From Candidatus Kapaibacterium sp. (GTDB taxonomy: Bacteria; Bacteroidota; Ignavibacteria; Kapaibacteriales; UBA2268), in NCBI GenBank assembly GCA_963665665.1, contig OY762428.1, positions 5,216,001 through 5,280,000 of the forward strand: a stretch of 64,000 nucleotides of DNA, read 5' to 3'. Below, one piece after another: positions 29,001 to 37,480 of the stretch. Below the pieces are notes generated by a model that was not told the origin of the DNA, ran no database searches, and was given only the letters and a program-made list of their open reading frames with translations. The position numbers and the translations under genes were made by a program. Position 1 is the stretch's first letter. Each line of letters begins with the position of its first letter.

Positions 29001-29805
29001 GCAATTTCAGGTCAATCGGATCCATACCAACGTAAAGTGCAAATGCTATCATAAACCTGAAAACAATTGAACCGATGATAGCACTTAGCACCATAACAAC
29101 AACTGAATCCTTTCGCAGAATCGCCTCACCGATAATAACAGATGCAAGGCCGATTACAACTGTACCGATACCCATTCCTATGTCGGCAAATCCCTGATAC
29201 TGTGCAACCATTCCTCCGGAAAGAGCAACAAGGCCGTTTGAAAAGGCGATGCCGAATATTTCCATACGGTTTACATTTATACCTGATGCGGATGACATTA
29301 TTTTATTATCCCCGGTTATCCTGAAGGTTATACCAAGGTCTGTTTTAAAAAATGCCGACAGCAGCATCCATACTAATGTCATTATCACAACAAGACAAAT
29401 TACCAGCCAGATTTCAGTATCCATTCCGGGATTCAGGTTGTTGAAAAAATCAACAAACCCCGGCATTTTCAACAGGGGAATATTTGAACGCCCCATAATA
29501 TGGAGGTTTATTGAATACAGCCCGATCATTACCAGAATACCGGCAAGCAGCCCGTTGATTTTCAGCCCGGTATATATCATACCGGTAACAGCTCCGGCAA
29601 GTGAACCTGCCAGAAATGCTATTAGCAATGCCAGGAAAGGATTCCAACCTGATATGATTAGCACGGCTGCAGTAGCAGCTCCCGTTGTAAAACTTCCATC
29701 CACAGTAATATCAGGAAAGTCCTGAATCCTGAAAGTTATCAGGACTCCGATTGCCATGAGAGCATATAAAAGCCCGAGATTTAAAGCTCCGATCCACAAT
29801 TCCAT
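26059..29805 (-). CDS. ABC permease fused to three ABC substrate-binding domains
   Basis: N-terminal permease (FPDITVDGSF, QYQGFADIGMG, GLASVIIGE), one extra TM, then three repeats of about 300 aa (STP...; DxAxANS/SSEANS/PSEACS; DNT...; DY..xG). Confidence 0.85.
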   Translation of the reverse strand: MELWIGALNLGLLYALMAIGVLITFRIQDFPDITVDGSFTTGAATAAVLIISGWNPFLALLIAFLAGSLAGAVTGMIYTGLKINGLLAGILVMIGLYSINLHIMGRSNIPLLKMPGFVDFFNNLNPGMDTEIWLVICLVVIMTLVWMLLSAFFKTDLGITFRITGDNKIMSSASGINVNRMEIFGIAFSNGLVALSGGMVAQYQGFADIGMGIGTVVIGLASVIIGEAILRKDSVVVMVLSAIIGSIVFRFMIAFALYVGMDPIDLKLLTAVFVLLTLFVSKMASGKSNGSASIGKRIGAIAKKPKLVWSTIGAVIVIAVGIWLIRDIGSGPATLDKYYKIGVLQVSDNGLLNVTRDAFSEKMQELGYFDGENCSIRLDNANGDLHTLNNIVDKYIMDDYDLIVTISTPATQAALNKVKDIPIVFATVANPFIIDAGESDTKHLPGITGIYGWVKMDETLELAAEIFKGKLKIGSLWDPAHANSVFNVERLKKAVANNPNVEMEGMTVTSTTEVHDAALALIKEDVDLILLPPDNTVYSAFEAVVKAAMKSKTPIILSDVSRLKDGAFAAYGYDYTSSGHQAAHLVDRILHGESPADIPFEQYKKTELGINLKTAKESGIEVPVSVLARATTFVGIDAVETKEKKKIGIVQFAMEPNVEMCKKGILAALKVNGYEDQKNIDIIYKNANADFAMINSIIQDFIRRDVDIIVPLSTPCVQSAVNLTRGKKKPEVVFTYIFDPYKIGAAETPEKHEPNMTGVACFPPVQEVLGLIKEMFPARKKIGIVWNSSEANSEAVMNKLRPYGRKIGLDIIEQTVTTPSEVLEASRSLANKGAEIFLNAGDNTLNVSFDSFAKVAGDNKIPVFSVDSELIENGAMVCLGPDYTQTGFEGGLYLSRVLNGEKTADIPIHQTERTLLYINKELSDKMGIEINKGILSRADKVIEKKKTEEKKDLALFLFSDNTVLTQTRKGILNEFKKTGYLNDNNIEITDFNAQNEFTMAQSVADDIVRQEFDYIITVSTPALQVMANANTRIPHIFGAVTDPYRMGIAESSKKHRENITGVATFQPVESTIKAIRALLPNAKKIGIVWNPSEACSEACTYKARDAAKKYGFELIESTVSSTSEVLDATKTLIGKDIDAFLTSGDNTVFLAIPTIADLLHKDKIPYFTNDPTDVTGGRGALMGIGADYVTVGEQTAKVAIMVMNGEKPAGIPIQDYVPEKRAVNMKLMEEYGLKLPSELSDNIEKYRD

Positions 29806-29843
29806 TTTATTAACCTAATTTATGTATCAATTATCAGTATATA

Positions 29844-31049
29844 CTAATCCAATTCCAGGGGAACAACTGCTATTAGTCCGTTGCTGAATTTACTTTTGCC
29901 GAGTAAATGCTGTACTTTTTTAGCTTCAAGAGTTGTTATAATCCTGGTAAGCTCATTGTCGAAATTATCAATATCAGGATTCAAGAGATCCTGCTCGAAT
30001 AAAGCAGCATGTATATGATGATTCGTGCTGCTTGTAAAAAACTCATCGAATTTACGTCCGTTATCTTTAGCTCTGATTAATCCGGATGCAACTATTACAG
30101 AATTAAAATCGGTAGGTTCAACCGGGAAATTCATCCATTCCGTGAAGTTTCTGTCCGAGAAAATTTCTTCCCCGTTTTCTGGTTTATTGTCAATAACGGG
30201 AGACTTCTTCAGATGCATCCCAAAAATACCCTTACTTTCCAATATCATAACAACACCGGCAGCATCAATATTCAACATTGATGAAATATCTTCAACAAGG
30301 GTATTCAGGTCAATAAATGATTCTCTTGCTTCGAAAGCTAATATTCCTGAAAAATCACCACTGAATGAAAAACCATGCAGGAAATTATAATTAAAATCCA
30401 TTTCAGGATCCAGGCTAAGCATAAAGTCCACATTCGGATTATTCATTGCCGGATAGAAAAATAAGCTATTTTTTATCACAACAGATTCCCCGAAATAAGG
30501 CTTGCACTCATCAAAATTCTGGCCGATTGCAGCCAATCCTGTTCCATAATCAATGCTTCTTGCCGATATAACCTGCATATCGCTGTCAGAATAATCCGAT
30601 TTTGCAAGTTTGCTACTGCTTCCTATTGTCCGTAGTTTCCCTTTTGTTTCATTGATACTTTTAATCTTATATGAAGTTCCGTTAATATTTTCTTCCTGTA
30701 TCCTGGCAGATATTTGTTCTGCATTCCCGTCATCAATTTCAGATTCTTCAATGATATTGAAGAATTTCAGGAAACCGCCCATTTTAAACACATCCATAAC
30801 GTGCGCGGGCAGGGCTGTAAGCATCAGGTTGCCGCCAGCTTGTTTCAGCGAGCCGTGGACTTTCAGGAAAACCCTCAATCCGGCACTGCTGATATAAGTT
30901 ACTTCCGAAAAATCTATCAGGATTTCCCTGTTGCCTTTTCTTGTAATTGAATCCAGTTCTTTTTGAAGTTCACCGGATGTAACACTGTCGATTCTGCCAT
31001 CAGGAACAACTTTAATAAATTTTTGATTTACTGTGGTTTTAATATTCAT
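29844..31049 (-). CDS. STAS-domain protein fused to an uncharacterised C-terminal domain
   Basis: GRIDSVTS...DFSEVTYISSAGLRVFL; about 290 aa unrecognised C-terminus; SD-like AAGGGG before M at 31049. Confidence 0.75.
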   Translation of the reverse strand: MNIKTTVNQKFIKVVPDGRIDSVTSGELQKELDSITRKGNREILIDFSEVTYISSAGLRVFLKVHGSLKQAGGNLMLTALPAHVMDVFKMGGFLKFFNIIEESEIDDGNAEQISARIQEENINGTSYKIKSINETKGKLRTIGSSSKLAKSDYSDSDMQVISARSIDYGTGLAAIGQNFDECKPYFGESVVIKNSLFFYPAMNNPNVDFMLSLDPEMDFNYNFLHGFSFSGDFSGILAFEARESFIDLNTLVEDISSMLNIDAAGVVMILESKGIFGMHLKKSPVIDNKPENGEEIFSDRNFTEWMNFPVEPTDFNSVIVASGLIRAKDNGRKFDEFFTSSTNHHIHAALFEQDLLNPDIDNFDNELTRIITTLEAKKVQHLLGKSKFSNGLIAVVPLELD

Positions 31050-31242
31050 TAAGAATTCCCCTTTGGAATATGAATTGGTCAATTTTTCTGATCCAAAATA
31101 TTTCGTTCACTTTCAGTATTTAATTTAACAGGAATAATAATAAATTGCAACTGATATTAACACTGTCTAAATTTTGTTTTTCTTTTTACTGGTTTTTGAT
31201 AAATTTGTACTATAGTTGAAAATAAAAAATACGGCTTCTAAA

Positions 31243-31659
31243 ATGGCGAAAACAATTGAATTATTCCTGAATAACGATATCGATGAAATACAAAGGCTTC
31301 ATGGCTTCATTGAAGAAAAATTTGCAGAAAATAATATCGACCCAAATATAATTTTTAGTTTCGATCTATCGTTGGATGAACTTGTAACAAATATTATTTC
31401 GTATGGCCTTGACGACAAAGAAGGCCATGAAATCAAACTTTACTTCGAATTAAATGAAAATTCTATCAAATGTACCGTCAGCGATACTGGAATTGAGTTT
31501 GATCCTTTCAATGCTCCTGAACCGGATACAAATATTCCTCTTGAAGACAGGCAAATAGGTGGGCTGGGCATACATTTTATCAGGAAAATGATGGATAACT
31601 TCGAATATAAAAGGGATAATGGACGAAATATCGTGATTTTGGAAAAGAAAATTAATTAA
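31243..31659 (+). CDS. anti-sigma factor Ser kinase, RsbW/SpoIIAB family (HATPase_c)
   Basis: LSLDELVTNIISYG, DTGIEFDP, IGGLGIHFIRKMMD. Confidence 0.9.
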   Translation: MAKTIELFLNNDIDEIQRLHGFIEEKFAENNIDPNIIFSFDLSLDELVTNIISYGLDDKEGHEIKLYFELNENSIKCTVSDTGIEFDPFNAPEPDTNIPLEDRQIGGLGIHFIRKMMDNFEYKRDNGRNIVILEKKIN

Positions 31660-31688
31660 TATTTAAATAAATAATTTTAAAGGATATT

Positions 31689-32021
31689 ATGAGTTTCGAA
31701 AAACAAATTGGATCGGATTACTCGCTGATAAAAGTATCGGGAAGGCTGGATGTAACAAATTCAGAATCACTGGAAAATGAATTTAACGAACTAATCAACC
31801 TTGATTCACCAAAAGTGATTGCTGACTGTTCGGGCCTGGACTATATTTCATCTTCCGGATTGAGGGTTTTCCTGCTTGTTCTGAAAAAAATATCAGCCAA
31901 GAAAGGTTCTTTTATACTTTCCGGATTGCAGGCAAACATCAAACAGGTTTTCGATATTTCCGGCTTTACATCTCTTTTCAAGCTGGCAGAAAACAATGAA
32001 GAAGCCGAAAAAATGTTATAA
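31689..32021 (+). CDS. anti-anti-sigma factor, RsbV/SpoIIAA family (STAS)
   Basis: GRLDVTNS, LDYISSSGLRVFL, VFDISGF. Confidence 0.92.
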   Translation: MSFEKQIGSDYSLIKVSGRLDVTNSESLENEFNELINLDSPKVIADCSGLDYISSSGLRVFLLVLKKISAKKGSFILSGLQANIKQVFDISGFTSLFKLAENNEEAEKML

Positions 32022-32040
32022 ATTGAAGAATAATCATTAC

Positions 32041-32078
32041 AAAAAGCGTATCATCCAAATAATTGATACGCTTTTTTT
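32041..32078 (+). terminator. intrinsic terminator
   Basis: AAAAAGCGTATCA-loop-TGATACGCTTTTTTT. Confidence 0.85.
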
Positions 32079-32249
32079 GTTTTTTTTACAACAGATACTA
32101 AATCAATACAAAATAAAATATTGATAGATTATAATCGCCTTGAAGATTCATGAATTCGGGCAAATGATTTTTTGAATTAATATATTGTATTGTATATTTG
32201 TTTTTCTAAAATTTACTATTGCAAATTATTATTGTCTCCGGGAATAAAT

Positions 32250-34610
32250 ATGGCTAAAACAGCTACAAAAAAGAAAACTACTGCTAAAAAGACGACGAAA
32301 AGAAAATCTCCGGCAAAAAAAACTAACAAAACTTTACTCATAGTGGAGTCGCCGGCAAAAGCGAAAACTATAAATAAATATCTCGGTTCAACTTTTGTTG
32401 TGGAAGCTTCAGTCGGGCATATTAAGGATCTTATTAAGGTTAGGCTGGGAGTTGATGTGGAAAACGGTTTCCAACCAAAATATTCAACCATAAAAGGTAA
32501 GGGCGATATTATTAAGCGCCTGAAACAACTTGCCCAGACTTCGAAAAGAGTCCTGATCGCGACTGACCCCGACCGTGAAGGCGAGGCTATAGCATGGCAT
32601 CTTGCTGAAGAAGTCAAACAGAAAAACGATAATGTTCAGCGGGTTCTTTTCAATGAGATAACGAAAACCGGAATTAAAAAAGGTATAGATGATCCACGTG
32701 AAATTGACACAAACCTGTTTATGAGCCAGCAGGCCCGCAGGGTTATGGATCGACTTATTGGCTACCAGGTCTCACCTTTTCTTTCCAGGGCATTGCTTGA
32801 AGTTACATCTAAACCGCTTTCAGCTGGAAGGGTACAATCTGTTGCTTTACGCATGATATGTGAACGCGAACAGGAAATCAGAGATTTCGAACCGATCGAA
32901 TACTGGAACCTGAATGCACAATTTGATGTTGATTCAGGCAAAAAACTTGAAGCAAGATTAGTGGAATTTGATTTAAAATCGATGAAAAATCCCGAAGGTT
33001 CTGCAAAAGTTTTCAAAGAGAACGGCAAATATCATTTTATAAATAATAAAGAACAGGCTGATGATATCCTTACCAGGGTAAAAAATGAAGATTACCAGGT
33101 AAGTTCTGTTCAGAAAAGGAAAGTAAAAAGGAATCCACAGTCGCCGTTTACTACATCACTTATGCAACAGGAAGCTTCCAAACGCCTTGGTTTTTCAAAT
33201 AAGAAAACTATGATGATAGCCCAGAAATTATACGAGGGTGTAACACTCGGAGAAGAAGGCCAGGTTGGTTTGATTACATATATGAGGACCGACTCTACAA
33301 GATTATCACCTGAAGCCGAATCTTCTGCAAGAGATTTCATTGCTAAGGAATATGGAAATGAGTACATGCCGAAAAGCTCGCCAAAATATACATCAAAAAA
33401 ATCAAATATTCAGGATGCTCACGAAGCTATAAGGCCGACGAGTACCATATATAGCCCGAAAAGTTTGCGTTCCAAATTGAGCAAAGACGAGTATAAATTA
33501 TACGAGTTAATTTTTAATCGTTTCATAGCTTCGCAAATGTCGCCTGCACAGCTTGAACAATCAACAATTGAACTTAAAGGCGGAGATTTTGTTTTCAGGG
33601 CAACCGGTTCCGTGATAGTTTTCCAGGGTTTTTTGAAAGTATATGCTGACCTTAAAGAAAATGACAAAAACGGAAAACAAAAGCTTCCGGCAGGTATCGA
33701 GAAAAATATGCCTGCTGAATTACTGAAAGCTGATTCCAGTCAGTCCTTTACTAAGCCTAAGCCACGATTCACAGAGGCCAGTCTGGTGAAGGAACTTGAT
33801 GAACTTGGTATTGGAAGGCCGAGTACTTATGCACAGATAGTCTCTACAATTATTGACCGCGAATATGTACGGCTTGAGAAGAAATCTTTCTCTCCCACAG
33901 AATTAGGAGAAGAAGCAAATGGTGTCCTGGTTCATAACTTTCCTGATTTATTTAATGTTGATTTTACAGCAAGTATGGAAAATGAACTTGATACGATTGC
34001 CTTGGGTGATAAAGAATACGTAGATATGCTTAATGGTTTTTATCAGCCATTTACAAAATCTTTGAAGCATGCAGAGGAGCACGGGAATATACCTGAAATT
34101 CCCTGCGAAGAATGCGGTGCCCCTATGCTAATAAAAGTCAGCAGAAGAGGACGTTTCCTTGGATGTTCGAAATATCCTGATTGCACATTTACCAAGCCAC
34201 TTCCCAAACCAAAAGATGAACCGGATAAAAAAGAACCGATTATTATGGAGAATATCAAATGTGATATTTGCGGCAAACCTATGGCGCTCAGGGAAGGGCG
34301 CTTCGGACGCTTTTACGGATGTGTGGATTATCCGAATTGCAAAGGAATAAAACCAATTACTACCGGGGTGAAATGCCCTGAATGCAGCAAAGGTGAAATG
34401 GTGGAAAGATACAGTCCCAAATCCAGGAAAAAATTCTGGGGATGCTCTAATTATCCTGATTGTAAAAATCTTACCAATTACGAACCGGTTGATAAAAAAT
34501 GCCCCAATTGCGGCCACTATTTTCTTGAAGTCCGATTCAAAAAAGTTGCCAACGGATATGAGAAGTATCTCAACTGTCCGAGCTGTAAAGAGAAATTTGG
34601 TATAGAGTAA
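32250..34610 (+). CDS. topA: DNA topoisomerase I
   Basis: IVESPAKAKTI, ATDPDREGEAI, SAGRVQS, LITYMRTDS, GIGRPSTYA, C-terminal Zn ribbons. Confidence 0.98.
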   Translation: MAKTATKKKTTAKKTTKRKSPAKKTNKTLLIVESPAKAKTINKYLGSTFVVEASVGHIKDLIKVRLGVDVENGFQPKYSTIKGKGDIIKRLKQLAQTSKRVLIATDPDREGEAIAWHLAEEVKQKNDNVQRVLFNEITKTGIKKGIDDPREIDTNLFMSQQARRVMDRLIGYQVSPFLSRALLEVTSKPLSAGRVQSVALRMICEREQEIRDFEPIEYWNLNAQFDVDSGKKLEARLVEFDLKSMKNPEGSAKVFKENGKYHFINNKEQADDILTRVKNEDYQVSSVQKRKVKRNPQSPFTTSLMQQEASKRLGFSNKKTMMIAQKLYEGVTLGEEGQVGLITYMRTDSTRLSPEAESSARDFIAKEYGNEYMPKSSPKYTSKKSNIQDAHEAIRPTSTIYSPKSLRSKLSKDEYKLYELIFNRFIASQMSPAQLEQSTIELKGGDFVFRATGSVIVFQGFLKVYADLKENDKNGKQKLPAGIEKNMPAELLKADSSQSFTKPKPRFTEASLVKELDELGIGRPSTYAQIVSTIIDREYVRLEKKSFSPTELGEEANGVLVHNFPDLFNVDFTASMENELDTIALGDKEYVDMLNGFYQPFTKSLKHAEEHGNIPEIPCEECGAPMLIKVSRRGRFLGCSKYPDCTFTKPLPKPKDEPDKKEPIIMENIKCDICGKPMALREGRFGRFYGCVDYPNCKGIKPITTGVKCPECSKGEMVERYSPKSRKKFWGCSNYPDCKNLTNYEPVDKKCPNCGHYFLEVRFKKVANGYEKYLNCPSCKEKFGIE

Positions 34611-34613
34611 ATT

Positions 34614-34643
34614 AAAAAAAGGCGGGGCGTATGTCCCGCTTTT
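34614..34643 (+). terminator. intrinsic terminator after topA
   Basis: AAAGGCGGGGC-GTAT-GTCCCGCTTTT stem-loop. Confidence 0.65.
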
Positions 34644-34685
34644 GTTATATAGCTGATAATTGTTAACATATATTGGGATCTTACA

Positions 34686-35231
34686 ATGAGATTAAAAAAA
34701 GAAGATTGCGTGGCAATATGCCTTGATGTGCAGCAGAGGCTTTTTCCGATTATTGACGGAAACGAGAAACTGGAAAATAATATGCTTAAGCTTGCTAAAG
34801 GGTTGAAAGTACTTGCTGTTCCAACAATTGTAACCGAACAGTATCCCAAAGGTATCGGTGCTACAATTCCATCATTACAGGAAGTCCTTGGTGATGAATA
34901 TAAAGTAATTGAAAAATTATCATTCTCCTGCTGGGGAGAGGAAAAATTTATAAAAGCTGTTGAAGATTCGGGAAAAAAAACTATCCTGATCTATGGGATT
35001 GAATCTCATGTTTGTGTTTTACAAACAGTTGTTGATATGATTGCCGAAGGCTTTAACGTTGTAGTTGCCGCCGATTGTGTTTCTTCACGCGATCCTTACA
35101 ACAAGAAAATTGCGCTAAAAAGAATGAGGGAAGAAGGAGCTTATATGACAACAGCAGAAAGCATTCTTTTCGAATTTCTGGAGCGCTCCGGAACAGAAGA
35201 ATTCAAAGCTATATCGAAGATCGTAAAATAG
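34686..35231 (+). CDS. isochorismatase-family hydrolase (ISOC/YcaC-like)
   Basis: DVQQRL, TEQYPKGIGAT, KLSFSC, GIESHVCVLQT. Confidence 0.9.
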   Translation: MRLKKEDCVAICLDVQQRLFPIIDGNEKLENNMLKLAKGLKVLAVPTIVTEQYPKGIGATIPSLQEVLGDEYKVIEKLSFSCWGEEKFIKAVEDSGKKTILIYGIESHVCVLQTVVDMIAEGFNVVVAADCVSSRDPYNKKIALKRMREEGAYMTTAESILFEFLERSGTEEFKAISKIVK

Positions 35232-35300
35232 TTGGTTCAAAGTGAATCAGATGTAAACAGTTTTTTTTCTTCTAATCTGGAATTGAGCAAAAATGATTTT

Positions 35301-35329
35301 TCCCGGGGCCTGATCCCGGGATTTTTTTT
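35301..35329 (+). terminator. intrinsic terminator
   Basis: TCCCGGG-loop-CCCGGGA-T8. Confidence 0.75.
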
Positions 35330-35506
35330 CCATATTGCAGCAGTTCTGATGATTCTCAATATCTCTGCTGATACATCCAATTTAGGAAAACAAGCCAGAA
35401 ATTCTTATTTTCACACTGATCAGCTGGAATAAATATTTAATTTTGAATACAAATCCTAAAATCAATATTTTTGCAAATTGAAAATATTTATTAACATGGA
35501 ATAATT

Positions 35507-37231
35507 ATGGATATCCCTTTAGATCAATTTGAGTTTTATATTGAAGAAAAAATATTGGAACGCGGACTGAAGTATTGCACCAGCGGACTTGTGCAGCAGC
35601 CCGAAGACAGCTTTGACGGCGGATATAAATTCCTGGTTGAAGGTAGCAATGATTATACTGTGAAATTCAAATTAAAGGATGGGGTGATAAGTGATCACCT
35701 TTGTACCTGCCCGTATAACGACGGCCCTGTTTGCAAGCATGTGGCTGCGGCAATTTTTTATATTCAAAAAGATGAGCTCGGACTGAAAATCAGGAAACGA
35801 AGAAAGAAACAAAACACAAAGAAAAAATCTTTGACTCAGGAAGAGCAGGTTGAATATATAATCAAATTGATTCAGGAAGATGAATTGAAGGATTTTGTGC
35901 TGGCTGAAGTACATCGTAACAAAAATTTCCGGGATATGTTTTTATCAATATTTTCAAAATATAGCCCGATAGAAACAAAGGCTTCGTATCAAACTGTTTT
36001 GAAATCCGTAATTAAATCTAATACGGATAGGTGGGGATTGAAACATAACGGAGAAGATAATATTGCTAATGCAATCAGAGGCATGATTGATTCTGCAAAA
36101 CATCAGCTTGGGTCAGGAAATATCAAAGCTGCATTGGCTATATCAACTGTTGTTTTTGAAAATGTACTGACAACGCCTGTACTTATCGGGGAGGGGGAAT
36201 TAAAAATCGCTGCATTAATAACAGACACAGTCGATTTATTTGAACGAATTGCCGCTAATAATGCCGATGAAAGAATCAGAAAGAATATGTTGAAATTCTT
36301 TACAAAAATATTTGATGACGACAGAATTTGGCAATATGATATTAATATGAATATTCTTAAATCAGCATCTTTTTTTGCGAAAAATCCGGAAGAAATAGCT
36401 CAAATTGACAAAATGACATTTCAGAATGACAGGAATGAAGCTAAATACAGGAATGTAGAAACACTCAAATACGAGCTAATGCTGGATATGGTTAGCGAAG
36501 AGCAGGCTGAAGATTATCTGGAAAAGAATATGGATAATAAAAATGTAAGGTTTGTTGCGATAAACAGGGCAATTGACAAAAATGATTATCAAAAAGCCGA
36601 GAAACTAACACGGGAAGGAATAAAAAGAGAAATTGAAAATAATGGCAGGGGATTAAATGAATGGTATGAAATTCTGTTTAATATCGGAGATTTGACTAAT
36701 AATAATGATATGCTGATCGAGAGCACCAGATTTCTTTTCATTAATTCCTATGAATTTATTGTTGAATATTATAAAGAATTGGTTGATGCAGTTGACCCGG
36801 ATAAATGGGAAGTTTTTTTAAAAGAAGTTATTGGTGAAATTCAAAAAAAGAAATATGTGGAAATTGAATTTCTTCCTGATCTTTATGTAGAAGAAATGGA
36901 TTGGGAATCTTTATTCGTGGAAATAACAAAATATGCTCATAAAGATCTCTGGAATGGTTATACAAATTTCTTTCAATTGCTAAATAAATACGATGAATAT
37001 CTTGCCGATAATATCGGCGGACGATTCTTTCAAATGTATGTTGAATTTATAAAAGAATTTGTTTTGAATAGCAAAAAAGGGAAAGATTATGTAAAAGTAC
37101 GAGAAGAAATTGAAAGAATGATTATGCTCGGAGGTGAGGATGAAGCAATGAAACTATTGGATTATCTAAGGGTTAAATTTAAAGGTAGAAAGAGTTTGCA
37201 ATATGAACTTTCAAATGTCAGGTATTGGTAG
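35507..37231 (+). CDS. SWIM zinc-finger domain protein with helical C-terminus
   Basis: ERGLKY...VEGSNDYTV...CTCPYNDGPVCKHVAA. Confidence 0.82.
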   Translation: MDIPLDQFEFYIEEKILERGLKYCTSGLVQQPEDSFDGGYKFLVEGSNDYTVKFKLKDGVISDHLCTCPYNDGPVCKHVAAAIFYIQKDELGLKIRKRRKKQNTKKKSLTQEEQVEYIIKLIQEDELKDFVLAEVHRNKNFRDMFLSIFSKYSPIETKASYQTVLKSVIKSNTDRWGLKHNGEDNIANAIRGMIDSAKHQLGSGNIKAALAISTVVFENVLTTPVLIGEGELKIAALITDTVDLFERIAANNADERIRKNMLKFFTKIFDDDRIWQYDINMNILKSASFFAKNPEEIAQIDKMTFQNDRNEAKYRNVETLKYELMLDMVSEEQAEDYLEKNMDNKNVRFVAINRAIDKNDYQKAEKLTREGIKREIENNGRGLNEWYEILFNIGDLTNNNDMLIESTRFLFINSYEFIVEYYKELVDAVDPDKWEVFLKEVIGEIQKKKYVEIEFLPDLYVEEMDWESLFVEITKYAHKDLWNGYTNFFQLLNKYDEYLADNIGGRFFQMYVEFIKEFVLNSKKGKDYVKVREEIERMIMLGGEDEAMKLLDYLRVKFKGRKSLQYELSNVRYW

Positions 37232-37480
37232 TTATTTCAAAATTTCTACAGCTTTCAACTGATAATTATTTCAAAGTAATTGTTAATCGAATAACTAAAT
37301 TCATAACAAAAAAATTTATGAAATTTCTTTTATTATATTATTAAACCCATGCGCCTGTCAACGCAAAATGTGCAAAACTAATTGCAAAAAAGCCCTGATT
37401 TTATAGGGATAAGTCGCCTGAAATTCGTATTTTTGTAAGTTATAATAATTATTATTTGATAATTCAACAATTGAGACGAA

